Sequence record: SRR22947725_2265
Strand: one strand, 5' to 3'
DNA length: 39,936 bases
The position numbers and the translations under genes are program-made. Each line of letters opens with the position of its first letter. Positions within the stretch are counted from its first letter, which is position 1. A model generated the notes under the pieces. The model saw nothing but the letters and a program-made list of their open reading frames with translations, was not told the origin of the DNA and did not search any database. Shown here piece after piece: positions 19,284-29,112 of the stretch.

Positions 19284-20223
19284 ATACGTCTGACCAATCC
19301 TTCAGCCAACGCTCCCGATTAGCGGCAAAGTCCAAGTCTTCACCCAGGACGCTAGTGGCTGGCCGGGCATGCTCTGCCCAGGCCCTAGGAACCTCAACAC
19401 CCGTAACAGCTGGGTAAACGTACATTGCCTCGGCAACCGATGCCTGAAACGCTTCCGATGTCAGGAAGTCGACAAACTGCTTGGCTCCCTCAGGGTTTGG
19501 TGAGTTTGTCAGGACTGCGGCATACTCCGTCTGTCGGAAGCATTCGCTTCGCAGTGCGGCGGTTTGGGCCTCACCATCGACCACCTCTGCCGCCGGCGAG
19601 CTCGCATAGCTCAGCACGATTGGCTTCTCACCCCCGTAGCGGGTGAAGTCCACGAAGTAGGCATCTTCCCAACTGCCTGCAACCTTTACCCTGTTGTCTC
19701 TCAGGCCCCGCCAGTATGCGAAAACCTCGGCGTTGGTCTCGAAGCCTGCGAAGGTGGTGGCTAGGAAGGCAAGTCCAGGTGAGGAGAGTCTTGGGTTTGT
19801 GACAACTGTGAGCCCCTCGTATTTCGGGTCAATCAGGTCGCGCCAGCTGCTTGGTGGCATCAAGTTGGCCTGTTCAAAATAGGAGATGTCGTAGTTGAAG
19901 CAAACGTCTGAGTAGTCGATTGCCACCCAGTCCCCCTGTGCGATTCCGTTCTCGATGGCAAGCGATTGGAAGGTGTTGTCGATTCCGAAGACGACGTCGG
20001 CGATTGGGGCATTCTTCGTTAGTGATAGTTGATTGGTGAGCGATCCGGTGTCGCCCAGTCGGACTATCTCGAGCTCAAAGCCACTTTGCTCTTCAAAGCT
20101 TTGGATGAGCTCATCGGAGATTGCGAATGAGTCGTGGGCTGCGAGCCTTACCGTGTCTGGGGTTTGGGCGCAGCCCGTAAGGGCAATTACTGCTGTTGCT
20201 AGAAGTGCGATTTTCTTTTTCAT
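19273..20223 (-). CDS. thiB: Thiamine ABC transporter substrate-binding lipoprotein
   Basis: Lipobox LTGC, HDSF, DVVFGIDN, SSPGLAFL, VLSYASSP, CFRQTEY; ATG 20223 with GAAAGG SD. Confidence 0.9.
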   Translation of the reverse strand: MKKKIALLATAVIALTGCAQTPDTVRLAAHDSFAISDELIQSFEEQSGFELEIVRLGDTGSLTNQLSLTKNAPIADVVFGIDNTFQSLAIENGIAQGDWVAIDYSDVCFNYDISYFEQANLMPPSSWRDLIDPKYEGLTVVTNPRLSSPGLAFLATTFAGFETNAEVFAYWRGLRDNRVKVAGSWEDAYFVDFTRYGGEKPIVLSYASSPAAEVVDGEAQTAALRSECFRQTEYAAVLTNSPNPEGAKQFVDFLTSEAFQASVAEAMYVYPAVTGVEVPRAWAEHARPATSVLGEDLDFAANRERWLKDWSDVFDN

Positions 20224-20253
20224 GTCGTGCCTTTCGTTTGTAGGCACGGGATT

Positions 20254-20350
20254 GAGGTCTCCCTGCGCTGGCATTACCCAGATCAGGTTTGACGGTCGAA
20301 GACTTACAGTCTTCCTCTCAGACCGGTACTACCGGACTCCCGTGGTTTAT
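20254..20350 (-). promoter_or_regulatory. TPP riboswitch
   Basis: Minus strand reads CACGGGAGTCCGG...CTGAGAG...GACCGTCAAACCTGATCTGGGTAATGCCAGCGCAGGGAG, the TPP aptamer consensus, upstream of thiB. Confidence 0.95.
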
Positions 20351-20354
20351 TTGA

Positions 20355-22052
20355 TTATAGGGATTCTGCTTGCCTCTTCAGAGCTGCCTCGTCGGCTGCT
20401 TCCTCAGATGCACTTTTGTTCCTAAGTGGAATCTCCTTGATAAACCAACTAATGACAAATCCAATTCCGATGATGATGCCCGCGGTTAGGAAGACATTGA
20501 GTGATGACTCGACAAAGCCAATGCGGAACGGGAGGGTCAGGCGTTCGTCAGCCCCAATCAGGAAGCTGGAGTCGTTGGTGACGTCGGCTGCGGCAGAGCC
20601 GCCACTTTGAAGGATCCCAAGTATCTCCGAGTTCACGGGGTTAGCAGAAACAGAGGCATCACCCAGCGCTTCCGCGATTCCAGTTGCTACCTCCGGACGT
20701 CGGAACGCATCGACAATTTTCTCGGTGACTTGAGAGAAAAGCATGGACATGAAGATGGCAACACCTAGCGTCCCACCCATCTGCCGGAAGAAGGTGGCGG
20801 TTGACGTTGCGACACCAATATTTCTTGCCTCTACCGCGTTCTGAGAAGCAACCATTGTGGTCTGCATCAGCTGGCCAAGGCCGAGGCCAACCATGATCAT
20901 CCCGATTGCTACCACCCAGAGTGGGGTGTCGGCCTTGAGCATGAGCACCATATAGATGTATCCAAAGAACAGGGTGGCGGTTCCGGTGTTGAAGAAGAAG
21001 CGATACTTACCCGTCTTGGCCGTGACTCTTCCTGCGGTGATTGTGGCGGTCATCATGCCAAGAACCATTGGCAACATCATCAGTCCGGTCATTGTTGGGC
21101 TCACCCCGTAGACCACCTGAATGATTAGCGGAATGATGATCATTCCGCCAAACATTCCCATGCCTATGATGAAACCTAGGACCTGAGTCCTTGCAAACGT
21201 CTTGTTTTTGAAGATGTGCAGCGGGATAAGAGCAGACTCTCCCATTTTCCTCTCAATGAGGATGAAGGAGATTATGCCGGTCACTCCTGCCACATACATC
21301 GCAATCGCTAGTGGTGAGTCCCAGCCCCACTCCCTGCCTTGTTCGGCAACGAGCAGCAGTGGGACTGTGGCGAGGATGATTGCTGCCGCGCCCCACCAGT
21401 CAATCTTTTGTTTCCTTGGAGTGTGTGGCACGTGAAGGAAGGTGATCACCATGAACATAGATGCCGCACCAATAGGCAGGTTCATCAAGAAGATCCAGCG
21501 CCAGCCCTCTACGAACAGAAATTCATCGATACCCGCGAGGGTCCCACCAATAACAGGCCCCAAAAGCGAGGAAGAGCCGAAGACCGCTAGGAACATGCCC
21601 TGATAGCGAGCGCGCTCCCTGGGCGGCACGATGTCGGCAACTATCGTCAGGGCCAAAGAGAATAGTCCGCCAGCCCCAATGCCCTGGAGGGCTCGGTAAG
21701 CAGCAAGCTCCACCATCGTGTTGGCAAAGCCGGTGGTGAACGATCCCAAGATAAAGATTGCAATTGCGACCATAAAGACTGGCCTTCGGCCAAAGATATC
21801 CCCGAGCTTTCCATAGATAGGAGTCGAGACAGTGGAGGTGATTAGGTAGGCGGTGGTAGCCCAGGCCTGTAGCGACAAACCGCCAAGGTCATCTGCAATG
21901 GTTCGCATGGCCGCAGACACAACAGACTGGTCAAGCGCTGCGAGGAACATTCCGGACATTAGCCCTATCAGCACCAGCACGATCTGGCGGTGATTCATCT
22001 GTCCGGACTGTGCCGCCAGTTTCGCGGCTTCCCGTCTGGATTTGGCAGTCAA
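20355..22052 (-). CDS. DHA2 (EmrB/QacA-like) 14-TM MFS efflux transporter
   Basis: FLAALDQSVV, YGKLGDIFGRR, RALQGIGAGG, GPVIGG, WRWIFLMNLP. Confidence 0.92.
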   Translation of the reverse strand: MTAKSRREAAKLAAQSGQMNHRQIVLVLIGLMSGMFLAALDQSVVSAAMRTIADDLGGLSLQAWATTAYLITSTVSTPIYGKLGDIFGRRPVFMVAIAIFILGSFTTGFANTMVELAAYRALQGIGAGGLFSLALTIVADIVPPRERARYQGMFLAVFGSSSLLGPVIGGTLAGIDEFLFVEGWRWIFLMNLPIGAASMFMVITFLHVPHTPRKQKIDWWGAAAIILATVPLLLVAEQGREWGWDSPLAIAMYVAGVTGIISFILIERKMGESALIPLHIFKNKTFARTQVLGFIIGMGMFGGMIIIPLIIQVVYGVSPTMTGLMMLPMVLGMMTATITAGRVTAKTGKYRFFFNTGTATLFFGYIYMVLMLKADTPLWVVAIGMIMVGLGLGQLMQTTMVASQNAVEARNIGVATSTATFFRQMGGTLGVAIFMSMLFSQVTEKIVDAFRRPEVATGIAEALGDASVSANPVNSEILGILQSGGSAAADVTNDSSFLIGADERLTLPFRIGFVESSLNVFLTAGIIIGIGFVISWFIKEIPLRNKSASEEAADEAALKRQAESL

Positions 22053-22079
22053 AAGAACTCCAAGAAATAGGGTTTAGGT

Positions 22080-22910
22080 GTGCCCAATCCTACTCCCGTG
22101 CGTCGCAGGGCCAGCTTTGTCTTTCTGCCGCCTGTAGTTGCCGCAACAGTAGGAATATCCCTGTTAGTCCAGGGAGCTTTTGGGCAGCCCAACTTTGAAC
22201 TTCTAGAGGAGCGAGCCGAGCAGCGAGAGCTTGCCGGCTGGGTTGTCCCCACCCTTGAGCTAACTGATTACCTCTACCCAAGACTCGCAACCGGTTTTGC
22301 CGGAAGCGAGTGGGTTGTGGTGAACAAACTTCGTCCACTCTCGCCGCTGGACTTCGAACCACAGGTTCGAGAGATCCGCTCCTCAGAATCGCTTGATAAC
22401 TCAAGGGGTCTTGAGCTTCGCGATGTTGCCGCCACCGCACTCGAGGCGATGGCCAGCGAGATGCTATTCCAGGGCGCAGGCCAAATGTTTGTGAACTCGG
22501 CCTACCGCTCCTATGAATACCAGCGCGAGTTGTTTGTCGACAAGGTTGACCAATACGGGGAGGCTGAGGCTCTGGTTCGGAGTGCTAAGGCAGGTCATTC
22601 AGAGCACCAGACCGGGCTTGCGGTCGATGTTTCAGTTCCAGCCCAAGGCTGCGCAATCATGCAGTGTTTCGGAGACACTGTGGCCGGAAAGTGGATAGCC
22701 GAGAACTCATGGAAGTTTGGCTACATCGTTAGGTATGAACGCGATACGACATCCATCACTGGCTATACCTATGAACCTTGGCACCTGCGCTATGTAGGAA
22801 TAGAGATTGCAAGAACGTATGCCAATAATGGAATACATACACTTGAGGATTTCTGGGGTTTCCCTGCAGCAGAAAATTATCCAGAGATTGCTGAGTCGAC
22901 AATCGACTGA
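22080..22910 (+). CDS. M15B D-Ala-D-Ala carboxypeptidase (VanY/LdcB-like), membrane-anchored
   Basis: VVNK, SAYRSY, SEHQTGLAVD, YEPWHLRYVG. Confidence 0.9.
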   Translation: MPNPTPVRRRASFVFLPPVVAATVGISLLVQGAFGQPNFELLEERAEQRELAGWVVPTLELTDYLYPRLATGFAGSEWVVVNKLRPLSPLDFEPQVREIRSSESLDNSRGLELRDVAATALEAMASEMLFQGAGQMFVNSAYRSYEYQRELFVDKVDQYGEAEALVRSAKAGHSEHQTGLAVDVSVPAQGCAIMQCFGDTVAGKWIAENSWKFGYIVRYERDTTSITGYTYEPWHLRYVGIEIARTYANNGIHTLEDFWGFPAAENYPEIAESTID

Positions 22911-24499
22911 GCCTGCTCAAGAACCTGCTCTAGGTGCTCGGAGCCGGTGAAGGACTCCGCGTAGATTTTGTAGACGTTCTCGGTTCCCGAGGGCCTTGCC
23001 GCAAACCAGGACTTCTCGGTCGATACCTTTACTCCACCAAGTGCACCACCCGAGCTCGCCTTGGTCTCGATGTTTGTGATGGCATCACCTGCAAGAGATG
23101 AAGCTGAGACGTCTTTCTCCGAAAGTTTCGAAAGCTTTGCCTTTTTCTCAAGATCAGCTGGAGCGTCCACACGTTTGTAGTGAGGTTCGCCGTGGCGCTT
23201 GGTGAGTTCCGCATAGCGCTCTGACGGGCTCAGTCCAGTTACGGCCTCCATCTCGGCTGCAAGCAGACACATGATCAACCCGTCTTTGTCCGTTGACCAG
23301 GGCTGTCCGTCCTTTCTTAGGAAGGATGCTCCAGCACTCTCCTCGCCACCGAAGGCCACTTCGCCTGAGACAAGGCCTGGAACAAACCACTTGAAGCCAA
23401 CCGGAACCTCGATCAACTTTCGTCCGAGGTCCTCTGCCACGAGATTGATGATGGAGGAGGACACCATCGTTTTCCCGATGCCAGAGTGCTCGTCCCAGCC
23501 ATCTCTGCGGTGGAAGAGGTATTCGATTGAAACGCTTAGGAAATGGTTGGGGTTCATAAGGCCAGAGTCGGCGGTGACTATGCCGTGCCTGTCCGCGTCC
23601 GCGTCATTGCCCGTGGAGATGTCGTAGTCATGCCTCGAAGCGATCAGAGATGCCATTGCATACTCGGAGGAGCAGTCCATTCGAATCTTGCCGTCCCAGT
23701 CCAGGCTCATAAAACCAAACTGGGGGTCGACCTTGTCGTTCACGACTACTAGGTCAAGGCCAAAGTGATCCGCGATTTCTCCCCAGTACTCGGCCGATGC
23801 TCCGCCCATCGGGTCGGCACCGATGCGAACCGATGCCTCGCGAATTGGGTCAAGGTTCAATACCTGGTCCAGCTGACCTATGTAGTTAGCTCGGTAGTCA
23901 AAACCTGTGGCGTCTGGTTTTGCTCTCTTGACCCCCTTGAGACCTGAGGCGATTAGCTCGTTGGCTCTGTTTGCGATCCAGGAGGTTGCGTCGGAGTCGC
24001 TGGGTCCGCCGTGGGGCGGGTTGTATTTGATTCCACCGTCTTGAGGAGGGTTGTGGCTGGGGGTGATGATGATGCCGTCAGCCTGGGCGCTACTGCTTCT
24101 AGGTAGCTGCATGTTGTGGTCGATGATTGCGACGGAGACGGCAGGTGTCGGAGTGAAGTCGCCTGTTGCGATAAAGGCGGGAACCTTGTTTCCGGCTAAC
24201 ACCTCGAGCACTGACTGCTCCGCGGGAGCGCTCAGCGCATGGGAGTCCTTACCAACATAGACAGGGCCCTGAATGTCTTGAGTTACCCGGTAATCGACGA
24301 TGGCCTGAGTGATTGCGAGGATATGCCACTCATTGAAAGAGGTGTTTAGGGCGCTGCCGCGGTGGCCACTGGTTCCAAAGGCAACTGACTGCTCGGCTGC
24401 TGCCAGGTCTGGGATCAGCTCAAAATAACTTTGCTCCAGCTTGGCTAGGTCTACTAGGTCTTCGGCGCTCGCAAGTTGGCCCGCTCTTTGGTGAACCAC
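22877..24499 (-). CDS. pgm: Phosphoglucomutase (alpha-D-glucose-1,6-bisphosphate-dependent)
   Basis: FGTSGHRG, TPSHNP, DADADRHG, GEESAG, RPSGTE. Confidence 0.96.
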   Translation of the reverse strand: MVHQRAGQLASAEDLVDLAKLEQSYFELIPDLAAAEQSVAFGTSGHRGSALNTSFNEWHILAITQAIVDYRVTQDIQGPVYVGKDSHALSAPAEQSVLEVLAGNKVPAFIATGDFTPTPAVSVAIIDHNMQLPRSSSAQADGIIITPSHNPPQDGGIKYNPPHGGPSDSDATSWIANRANELIASGLKGVKRAKPDATGFDYRANYIGQLDQVLNLDPIREASVRIGADPMGGASAEYWGEIADHFGLDLVVVNDKVDPQFGFMSLDWDGKIRMDCSSEYAMASLIASRHDYDISTGNDADADRHGIVTADSGLMNPNHFLSVSIEYLFHRRDGWDEHSGIGKTMVSSSIINLVAEDLGRKLIEVPVGFKWFVPGLVSGEVAFGGEESAGASFLRKDGQPWSTDKDGLIMCLLAAEMEAVTGLSPSERYAELTKRHGEPHYKRVDAPADLEKKAKLSKLSEKDVSASSLAGDAITNIETKASSGGALGGVKVSTEKSWFAARPSGTENVYKIYAESFTGSEHLEQVLEQAQSIVDSAISG

Positions 24500-24894
24500 T
24501 ACGCCTCCGGATTGCGTTGCAGCAGAAAGACTGTGTAGGCGGCAGAGAAGCCAAAGCCGACAAGCGCGTAGAGAATCACAAACCAGTTCACACCGGTTGG
24601 AACAAGCAGGGTTAGCACCCCCAGTCCAAAGGCGCTTACCTGCATCACGCGGGCTGCCCAGAGCACCCCATTGTCACTGCCTGCAATCGACACAACGAAC
24701 ATGTTTCCGGTGAGCGCTACCAGCGTGATGCCAATCATCTGCATTGACCAATCCAGGTCGCCGCTTCCAGTGAGCCCGAGTAGATCGGTGAAGATTCTGG
24801 GAACAGCGAATAGCGCTGCGGCGCTTAGAGCGAATACCAGGGCTCCAAGCCTGAGAACCCCGCGGAGCCTTGAGACATTGCCTCTTTTATGCAT
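24499..24894 (-). CDS. Hypothetical 4-TM membrane protein
   Basis: Four hydrophobic segments; TACGAT 6 nt before ATG; TAG/GTG overlap with the pgm start. Confidence 0.75.
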   Translation of the reverse strand: MHKRGNVSRLRGVLRLGALVFALSAAALFAVPRIFTDLLGLTGSGDLDWSMQMIGITLVALTGNMFVVSIAGSDNGVLWAARVMQVSAFGLGVLTLLVPTGVNWFVILYALVGFGFSAAYTVFLLQRNPEA

Positions 24895-24945
24895 GAAAGC
24901 ATCGTATTGCCATCTTTGAATTAGTGCCTGCCCTAATCTTGTTCC

Positions 24946-25860
24946 ATGGCTCAGCTCAAGATCGCTTACCTTGGCCCTGCCGGCACATTCACCGAGATGG
25001 CCGCAGGTCAGGTTGCAACCGCTGCGGAGCTGTTGCCCGTAGCCTCTGTGACCGCGGCAATTGATGCCGTTTTGGAGGGCAGAGCAGACCGCGCGGTCGT
25101 GCCGATTGAGAACTCGATCGAGGGCGGCGTCTCGGCAACCTCCGACGCACTAGCGGTCATCGGCGGCGTGCAGATTTATGGCGAGTATTTGGTTCCGGTT
25201 CGCTTTGACCTCATGGCAAAGCCGGGTACGAAGCTAGAGACAATTTCTTCAGTTCTTACTCATCCGGTTGCCTATGCCCAAAGCAGAAAGTGGCTTGAGG
25301 CAAAGTTGTCTGGCCACACCCACATCCCCGCAGCCTCAACGGCAGCGGCTGCGAAGGCAATGGCGGATGGAGCAGACTGCGATGCAGTGATTGCTGCAAC
25401 CGGTGCTGCCGAGATCTATGGATTAGAGATTCTGGCCAGCGACATTGGTGAAAACAAAGAGGCGCAGACAAGGTTTATCGAGATTGGGCGCAGTGGGAAA
25501 CCGCAACCCAAAACCGGCCACGACAAGACCAGCGTGATCGTTGAGCTTCCAGATGACAGGCCCGGAGGGCTTTTGGAGATGCTTGAGCAGTTCGCCGCTC
25601 GAGGGGTGAACCTAAGCCGACTTGAATCCAGGCCGATAGGTGATCGCTTTGGTCGATATCGCTTTAACATCGACGCCGAGGGACACCTCGATGATGAGGC
25701 CATTGCCGAAACGCTCATGGGCCTTCACAGATTCTCGCCAAAGCTAATCTTCCTCGGCTCTTACGCCAGGGCCGACAAGGCCGAATCAAACCACCAGGGC
25801 AATAACGCCGATGGCGCCTATCAGTCGGCCAAGAAGTGGCTAGACGATCTACGGAGCTAG
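24946..25860 (+). CDS. pheA: Prephenate dehydratase
   Basis: YLGPAGTFTE, VPIENSIEG, TRF, ACT domain with LSRLESRP. Confidence 0.95.
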   Translation: MAQLKIAYLGPAGTFTEMAAGQVATAAELLPVASVTAAIDAVLEGRADRAVVPIENSIEGGVSATSDALAVIGGVQIYGEYLVPVRFDLMAKPGTKLETISSVLTHPVAYAQSRKWLEAKLSGHTHIPAASTAAAAKAMADGADCDAVIAATGAAEIYGLEILASDIGENKEAQTRFIEIGRSGKPQPKTGHDKTSVIVELPDDRPGGLLEMLEQFAARGVNLSRLESRPIGDRFGRYRFNIDAEGHLDDEAIAETLMGLHRFSPKLIFLGSYARADKAESNHQGNNADGAYQSAKKWLDDLRS

Positions 25861-26789
25861 ATCAGCACCTTCAGTGCTTTGTTTTTGAGTGAGAAGTCGA
25901 CCTCAATAACCTCTCCAACCGGATCTCCGTCAAGCTGCATGGCTGCGGGGTTGTGAGGCTTGATTCGAATTCTTGGGCTTGAGAGGTTCTCGAGAGTTTT
26001 CACGTTTGCTTTTTCGTCCATCCAGCGTCTGCCCAGCGCGAGCGGGCGAACCACTAGGTTTTGCCAGGTGATTCTCGAGAAGAAGTCAACCCAGTTCCAG
26101 ATCTTCCTCGGCCCAATTGCCGCAATGTCGAGTTTGCCATCGTCCATCTGGGCATCGGGCATCATCGATATCAGCCCTGGAAGCCAGCCCACGTTGCCAA
26201 CCAGCAGCGAGTAGCTCTTTAGGGTTCTTACCTGGTTGTCGATCTGGACATCGAAGCGCTCAAACTTCAGCGGCAGTGACCGGATGCCGCCTTCGATGTA
26301 AGCAATCCAACCAACCCTGCGCTTGAGCTTGGGCTGGGTGTTTTCCATGAGCTTTGCGTCCATGCCAACGCCGGCAATACCGGTGAAGACGAACTCTCTC
26401 AGCGAGCCATCCGCGAAGACGGCCTTTGCAACACCGAGGTCGATTTCGTAAGCGTGACCCTTGAGCGCCTTCTTGATTGCGGCGTCGAGGTTGCCAATTG
26501 GAATCTTTAGGTTTCTAGCGAGGATGTTTCCAGTTCCAAGCGGCAGGATTCCAATTGCGACTTCTTCGCCGGCTGTTCCCTGCACCACGTTGCGCAGGGT
26601 GCCATCGCCACCGGCAACAAGGATTGTGCTCAGCCCTAGGGCTAGAGCCTGGCGGGCTTGTCCTGCGCCGTTGGAGCTTGATTCTGTTGCAAGAAAAGTG
26701 GGAGTCGCACCTGGGTGCTTCGCAAACGCCTTTTCAAGCCGGCTAAGAGCAATCTTTTCCGGGTTATAGATGACTGCAAGCTCACTCAC
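25857..26789 (-). CDS. Diacylglycerol/lipid kinase family protein
   Basis: YNP, AGGDGT, PLGTGNILARNL, QLDGD; second GTG (26789) fits the TAGGCT + 6 nt pattern. Confidence 0.9.
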   Translation of the reverse strand: MSELAVIYNPEKIALSRLEKAFAKHPGATPTFLATESSSNGAGQARQALALGLSTILVAGGDGTLRNVVQGTAGEEVAIGILPLGTGNILARNLKIPIGNLDAAIKKALKGHAYEIDLGVAKAVFADGSLREFVFTGIAGVGMDAKLMENTQPKLKRRVGWIAYIEGGIRSLPLKFERFDVQIDNQVRTLKSYSLLVGNVGWLPGLISMMPDAQMDDGKLDIAAIGPRKIWNWVDFFSRITWQNLVVRPLALGRRWMDEKANVKTLENLSSPRIRIKPHNPAAMQLDGDPVGEVIEVDFSLKNKALKVLI

Positions 26790-26828
26790 CACACAAGCCT
26801 AACTGGCGGTAGCGGATAGGCTTAGGGG

Positions 26829-28094
26829 GTGATTGACCTGTCCCTGCTTCGCGAAAACCCAGATGCAATTCGCCTTTCACAGCGCGCTCGTGGGGCTGAT
26901 GAATCACTTGTGGACCAAGCCTTAGAGCTGGACAAGACAAATAAGGCCGCGTTGCAGCTTTTTGAGAAGCTCAGGTCGGAGCAGAATGCCCATGGCAAGC
27001 TAGTCGCCGCAGCGCCAAAAGAAGAAAAAGCTTCTCTGGTTGCCCAGGCGCAATCCATGGCTCAGCAGGTCAAAGAGGCCGAGGCCAAGGCGAATCAGGC
27101 TGGAGAGGCACTCAATGCAATCCTCTACAAAATTGACAATGTAGTCCTGGCGGGTGTTCCCGCCGGTGGCGAAGAGGACTTCGTGGTGCTTCGCGAGGAG
27201 GGTACAAAACCCAAGTTTGACTTCAAGCCCCTTGACCACGCGGAGCTTGGCGAGAGCCTCGATGTTATTGATATTGAGCGCGGGGTAAAAATCTCCGGTT
27301 CGAGGTTCTATTTCTTGAAGGGCTGGGGCGCGAGGCTAGAGCTTGCGATGATGCAGCTGGCCTTGGACCAGGCCCATGCAGCGGGCTTTACTCCGCTGAT
27401 TACCCCAACGCTTGTAAGGCCTGAGGTGATGCAGGGCACCGGGTTTTTGGGAGAGCACTCCTCTGAGATCTACTACCTCGAGGCCGATGATCTCTACCTC
27501 ACCGGCACCAGCGAGGTTGCCCTTGCCGGCTATCACTCCGGCGAGATTATCGATGACTTTTCAGAGCCGCTTCGTTATGCCGGCTGGTCAACCTGCTATC
27601 GCAGGGAGGCGGGTAGCCACGGCAAGGACATCAAGGGCATCCTGAGGGTCCACCAATTCAACAAGCTGGAGATGTTCTCCTACTGCAAGCCTGAGGACGC
27701 CGAGGCAGAGCACGAGCGCATGCTTGGCTGGCAGGAGGAGATGCTCAAAAAGTGTGAGCTTCCATACCGTGTGATTGACGTTGCTGCCGGTGATCTTGGC
27801 TCGTCGGCTGCCAAGAAGTATGACGTCGAGGCATGGGTGCCCTCTCAAGAGAAGTATCGGGAGCTAACCTCAACCTCTAATTGCACCACCTTCCAGGCCA
27901 GGCGACTCAACACTCGTTACCGCGATGAAAACGGCAAGACCCAAATGCTTGCAACGTTGAACGGAACACTCGCCACAACCCGTTGGTTGGTAGCCATCTT
28001 GGAAAACCACCAGCAGTCTGACGGCTCAGTCTCGGTTCCTGAAGCCCTGAGGCCATACCTGGGCGGGCTTGAGAAAATTAGCCCCAAAGCTTAG
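26829..28094 (+). CDS. serS: Serine--tRNA ligase
   Basis: N-terminal coiled coil, [33 protein letters not shown]. Confidence 0.98.
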   Translation: MIDLSLLRENPDAIRLSQRARGADESLVDQALELDKTNKAALQLFEKLRSEQNAHGKLVAAAPKEEKASLVAQAQSMAQQVKEAEAKANQAGEALNAILYKIDNVVLAGVPAGGEEDFVVLREEGTKPKFDFKPLDHAELGESLDVIDIERGVKISGSRFYFLKGWGARLELAMMQLALDQAHAAGFTPLITPTLVRPEVMQGTGFLGEHSSEIYYLEADDLYLTGTSEVALAGYHSGEIIDDFSEPLRYAGWSTCYRREAGSHGKDIKGILRVHQFNKLEMFSYCKPEDAEAEHERMLGWQEEMLKKCELPYRVIDVAAGDLGSSAAKKYDVEAWVPSQEKYRELTSTSNCTTFQARRLNTRYRDENGKTQMLATLNGTLATTRWLVAILENHQQSDGSVSVPEALRPYLGGLEKISPKA

Positions 28095-28096
28095 GA

Positions 28097-28924
28097 ATGA
28101 AAGAAGACGGCTGGCTAATTGCCCTAGACATCGATGGCACCCTGGTTCATGACGACGGCTATCTGTCTCCTCGGGTAAAAGAGCAGGTGAACCGGGTTCG
28201 CTCGCTAGGCCACCACGTATTTGTCTCAACCGGGCGAGCTGCGGCGAACGCCTTCCCTGTAATTCGAGAGCTTGGCATTGAATCCGGCCATGCCGTCTGT
28301 TCCAACGGAGCGGTGACGATTCGTCTCGATGAGCAGCACCCGAAGGGTTTTGAGCCTCACAGCGTTGAGACTTTTGATCCGGCTGAGGTGCTGACGCAGC
28401 TAATTGACAAGCTGCCTAATGCCCACTTTGCAGTTGAGGATGTCGATGGCAGCTATCGCTTCCACAAGCCATTTCCCACCTATGCGCTTGGGGAGCAGAA
28501 CTTTGAGACGCCGTTGGATGAGCTCTTGCACCACCCGGTCAGCCGGGTGGTGGTGCTTTCGCCAGATCATGATGTTGATCAGTTCATACAGCTGATGGAC
28601 AACGTCGGTCTGCAGTCTGTTTCATACGCAATTGGCTACACCGCTTGGCTTGATATCGCACCAAGGGGCATTGATAAAGGCCACGGCCTTGCCAAGCTCC
28701 GGGAGGAGTATGGCCACGCCTCAAGTCGAGTGCTGGTCATGGGAGATGGCAGAAACGACATCGAGATGTTTCAGTGGGCAAAGTCTTTGGGCGGTTATGC
28801 GTTTGCCATGGGGCAGGCACCTGATGAGGTGAAGCTTGCGGCCACCGCAACCACCGGTGCGGTTGCCGATGACGGTGTTGCCCAGGTCCTTGCCTCACTC
28901 GAGGGACTTGAGTTTTTGAGCTAG
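28097..28924 (+). CDS. Cof-type HAD-IIB hydrolase
   Basis: DIDGT, STGR, SNGA, KGHG, GDGRND motifs. Confidence 0.92.
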   Translation: MKEDGWLIALDIDGTLVHDDGYLSPRVKEQVNRVRSLGHHVFVSTGRAAANAFPVIRELGIESGHAVCSNGAVTIRLDEQHPKGFEPHSVETFDPAEVLTQLIDKLPNAHFAVEDVDGSYRFHKPFPTYALGEQNFETPLDELLHHPVSRVVVLSPDHDVDQFIQLMDNVGLQSVSYAIGYTAWLDIAPRGIDKGHGLAKLREEYGHASSRVLVMGDGRNDIEMFQWAKSLGGYAFAMGQAPDEVKLAATATTGAVADDGVAQVLASLEGLEFLS

Positions 28925-28941
28925 GCACTAAACTCCTATGC

Positions 28942-29029
28942 GGAGGTCTGTCCGAGCGGCCGAAGGAGCTGGTCTTGAAAACCAGTGGGCAGAAATGTCT
29001 CGTGGGTTCGAATCCCACGGCCTCCGCCA
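28942..29029 (+). tRNA. tRNA-Ser (anticodon TGA)
   Basis: GGAGGTC/GGCCTCC acceptor, CTGGT-CTTGAAA-ACCAG anticodon arm, long variable arm, GGTTCGAATCC, encoded CCA. Confidence 0.97.
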
Positions 29030-29098
29030 TCATTTTTGCCTGATTGTAAAAACTGTAAGTTCCTTTCAGCGGTCATCTATACCCAATTGTTATTCGAA

Positions 29099-29112
29099 TG
29101 TAACCGCTTACA
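29099..29112. promoter_or_regulatory. LacI-type operator-like near-palindrome upstream of sugar SBP
   Basis: TGTAACCGCTTACA: TGTAA/TTACA arms with a central CG. Confidence 0.55.

Noticed and set aside
22080-22910. VanY-like gene as glycopeptide resistance
   Set aside because: No vanHAX or vanRS context; M15B peptidases are ordinary cell-wall enzymes.
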